Shown here in pieces: positions 62,077 to 64,000 of a DNA stretch of 64,000 nt. Under the pieces are notes generated by a model that searched no databases, was not told where the DNA came from, and saw only the letters and a program-made list of their open reading frames with translations. This DNA is from a virus (Duplodnaviria > Caudoviricetes): the IMG/VR virus record IMGVR_UViG_3300024346_000003; one strand, given 5' to 3'. The position numbers were made by a program, and so were the translations under genes. How positions within the stretch are numbered: position 1 is the stretch's first letter; each line of letters opens with the position of its first letter.

Positions 62077-64000
62077 TTAAAAATTTGGTACTAATGTATT
62101 AATATCTAATATAAAGCCACTTGGTGAATATATATCAGTAATTGCTGGGTTTAACCCTTTATTAAATCTTGAATTATTAACATATAATAACCCACCACCA
62201 ACGGCAGTCTCAACTGCATATCCAGACACACCTGGTGAATAACCTTGACAACCATCTAAAATTATTTTACATAATAAACCATTTGTACCAACTAGTGATG
62301 AATCTGTTAAAGTGTTATAAAAATATGTATCTTTAAAAAATACTCTAGCGGTATTATTTGTAGAAACACATTGTGCACCAGCAACATTACCTTTATTAAT
62401 AATTCTACATTTATGAAATATAAGTTCAGTAGACCCATAAGCCCATAAAGTATATTGATTTTCACTACTTAACATACCACTTGCTTCAATATAACCACCT
62501 TGTCCAGCATCTAAAGCTTTAATTGGACCACCAACTATATTACCATTTATTTTAATTTTAGGTGAAGAACCAGCCCAAGTTGTAATCATAGAACCAATCC
62601 CACCGTAATTAACAGTATCCCTATTTTCAATATCACCATTTATTACTATACTACCAGTAGATAAACCATCATAGACAATTATTGCTTGTTTAAAATTACC
62701 ACCATAAATATTTCCAGACCCTAAATATATTTTAGGGCAATTTATGATTACTGACCCAGTGAAATTCCTAAATGCAATAGTACTATGTACCGCTTCAATA
62801 CCCCTAGAAACATTCATAGTTACATTGGAATTATTTCGTATAGTAATACCATATCCAGTACCAGAAGTTGACGCATAAATATAATTAGCTTTTACCGTAA
62901 CAGTTGCAGTACCTGATGCTGGTATTATTAAGATTGCAGCACCAGAATTAGACATATAATCAAATTCAAAATTAACAGAAGATGCTGCTGATATGTATAT
63001 ATCCGTATTTGAAAATATTGAATACCCATAAAAATTACTTACAACTGCACCATAAGATTGGTCAGTAACCCTACCACCAGTAAATACAACACCAGGTTCA
63101 GAGTAGTAATCCAAGTAGTTTTGTAGAGCACCATTCCAGTAATACCCACCTTTTCTAATATAAATTAATGCTTTACTTGTTGAACTTTTTGAGATTAATG
63201 AAGCTAAATATGAGGCTTGGTATATACTTTGACATGGTTTATCAAACCTACCTGTAATAGCAGTACTGTCATTACCATTAGTAGCATCAACGAATATAAC
63301 ATTAGCATAATTAATTGAACCACCTAAAGAACTTAAATTAACAGTATAAGCTGACAAAGTATCCGTTCTATTAAAGTTAAGTGTAGTACCATTTAAAGTT
63401 GCACCAGTTGTATAATAATTTGTATAACCAGTTAAGAATCCATTTACGTTAAATGTACCACCAGTATTGTTAGTAAATTCAGCTGTACCATTACTTTGGT
63501 TATAAGTACCACCAGTGATAAATATTTCAGTACTACCAGTATAAAAACCATCTACATTGAATGTACCACCAGTATTGTTAGTAAATTCAGCTGTACCATT
63601 AGAGTATGTTCCACCAGTTATAAATACTTCAGTATTACCAGTATAGAATCCATTTACGTTAAATGTACCACCAGTATTGTTAGTAAATGTTGCAGTACCA
63701 TTAGAGTATGTTCCACCAGTCACAAATACTTCAGTATTACCAGTATAGAATCCATTTACGTTAAATGTACCACCAGTATTGTTAGTAAATGTTGCAGTAC
63801 CATTAGAGTATGTTCCACCAGTTGTTACTGTATTAAAAATAGGTATCTCAACCAATTGTGTGGTACCATCACCACTTATTGAACCTCCATTTAATATTAT
63901 ATCACCATTTAAGACAACCAATTTAGAATTAACTTCTAAATTAAGTAAACCTTCAATAATTAAATCACCATAAATAAAACTTTGTGAATTTGTGTTAACT
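62077..64000 (-). CDS. Fibre paralogue (5' end outside window) with TGGTY repeats and beta-helix C-terminus
   Basis: The frame stays open to 64000 (VNTNSQSFIYGDLIIEGLL), so the track's start at 63921 is internal; four TGGTY units; VIFVD...GNDS...PC.SI motif. Confidence 0.8.
   Translation of the reverse strand, partial: VNTNSQSFIYGDLIIEGLLNLEVNSKLVVLNGDIILNGGSISGDGTTQLVEIPIFNTVTTGGTYSNGTATFTNNTGGTFNVNGFYTGNTEVFVTGGTYSNGTATFTNNTGGTFNVNGFYTGNTEVFITGGTYSNGTAEFTNNTGGTFNVDGFYTGSTEIFITGGTYNQSNGTAEFTNNTGGTFNVNGFLTGYTNYYTTGATLNGTTLNFNRTDTLSAYTVNLSSLGGSINYANVIFVDATNGNDSTAITGRFDKPCQSIYQASYLASLISKSSTSKALIYIRKGGYYWNGALQNYLDYYSEPGVVFTGGRVTDQSYGAVVSNFYGYSIFSNTDIYISAASSVNFEFDYMSNSGAAILIIPASGTATVTVKANYIYASTSGTGYGITIRNNSNVTMNVSRGIEAVHSTIAFRNFTGSVIINCPKIYLGSGNIYGGNFKQAIIVYDGLSTGSIVINGDIENRDTVNYGGIGSMITTWAGSSPKIKINGNIVGGPIKALDAGQGGYIEASGMLSSENQYTLWAYGSTELIFHKCRIINKGNVAGAQCVSTNNTARVFFKDTYFYNTLTDSSLVGTNGLLCKIILDGCQGYSPGVSGYAVETAVGGGLLYVNNSRFNKGLNPAITDIYSPSGFILDINTLVPNF

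Noticed and set aside
63921-63973. Track start at 63921 and plus ORF 63779..63973
   Set aside because: The minus frame is open to the window edge and matches the paralogue's N-terminal region; the plus ORF is its shadow.

Overview
AT-rich (about 30% GC by eye) segment of a large, T4-related contractile-tailed phage (jumbo-type myovirus), standard genetic code. The host is probably Bacteroidota: TTG-N20-TAnnTTTG promoters sit before replication genes, and leaders lack Shine-Dalgarno sequences. Replication/recombination genes: UvsX/RecA, gp32-like SSB, SNF2 helicase, glutaredoxin, family B polymerase. Tail genes: a giant baseplate hub carrying M15 peptidase and GH24 lysozyme domains, a LysM protein, a tube initiator with nested OmpA-like and WD40 inserts, tape measure, tail chaperone, tube, sheath and neck proteins. 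Two clusters of repeat-rich fibre/adhesin genes (YadA-like, Gly-Thr-Ser collagen-like, Asn-rich beta-solenoid) each sit beside an Aah/TibC-family protein O-glycosyltransferase. Main leads: (1) a candidate phage-encoded fibre O-glycosylation system; (2) a +1/-2 programmed frameshift in the tail chaperone; (3) an 8-blade WD40 propeller inserted in a baseplate protein; (4) a late-promoter motif (ATATTTAT) and an unannotated RHH regulator flanked by operator-like palindromes. All assignments are from motif recognition; no searches were run.
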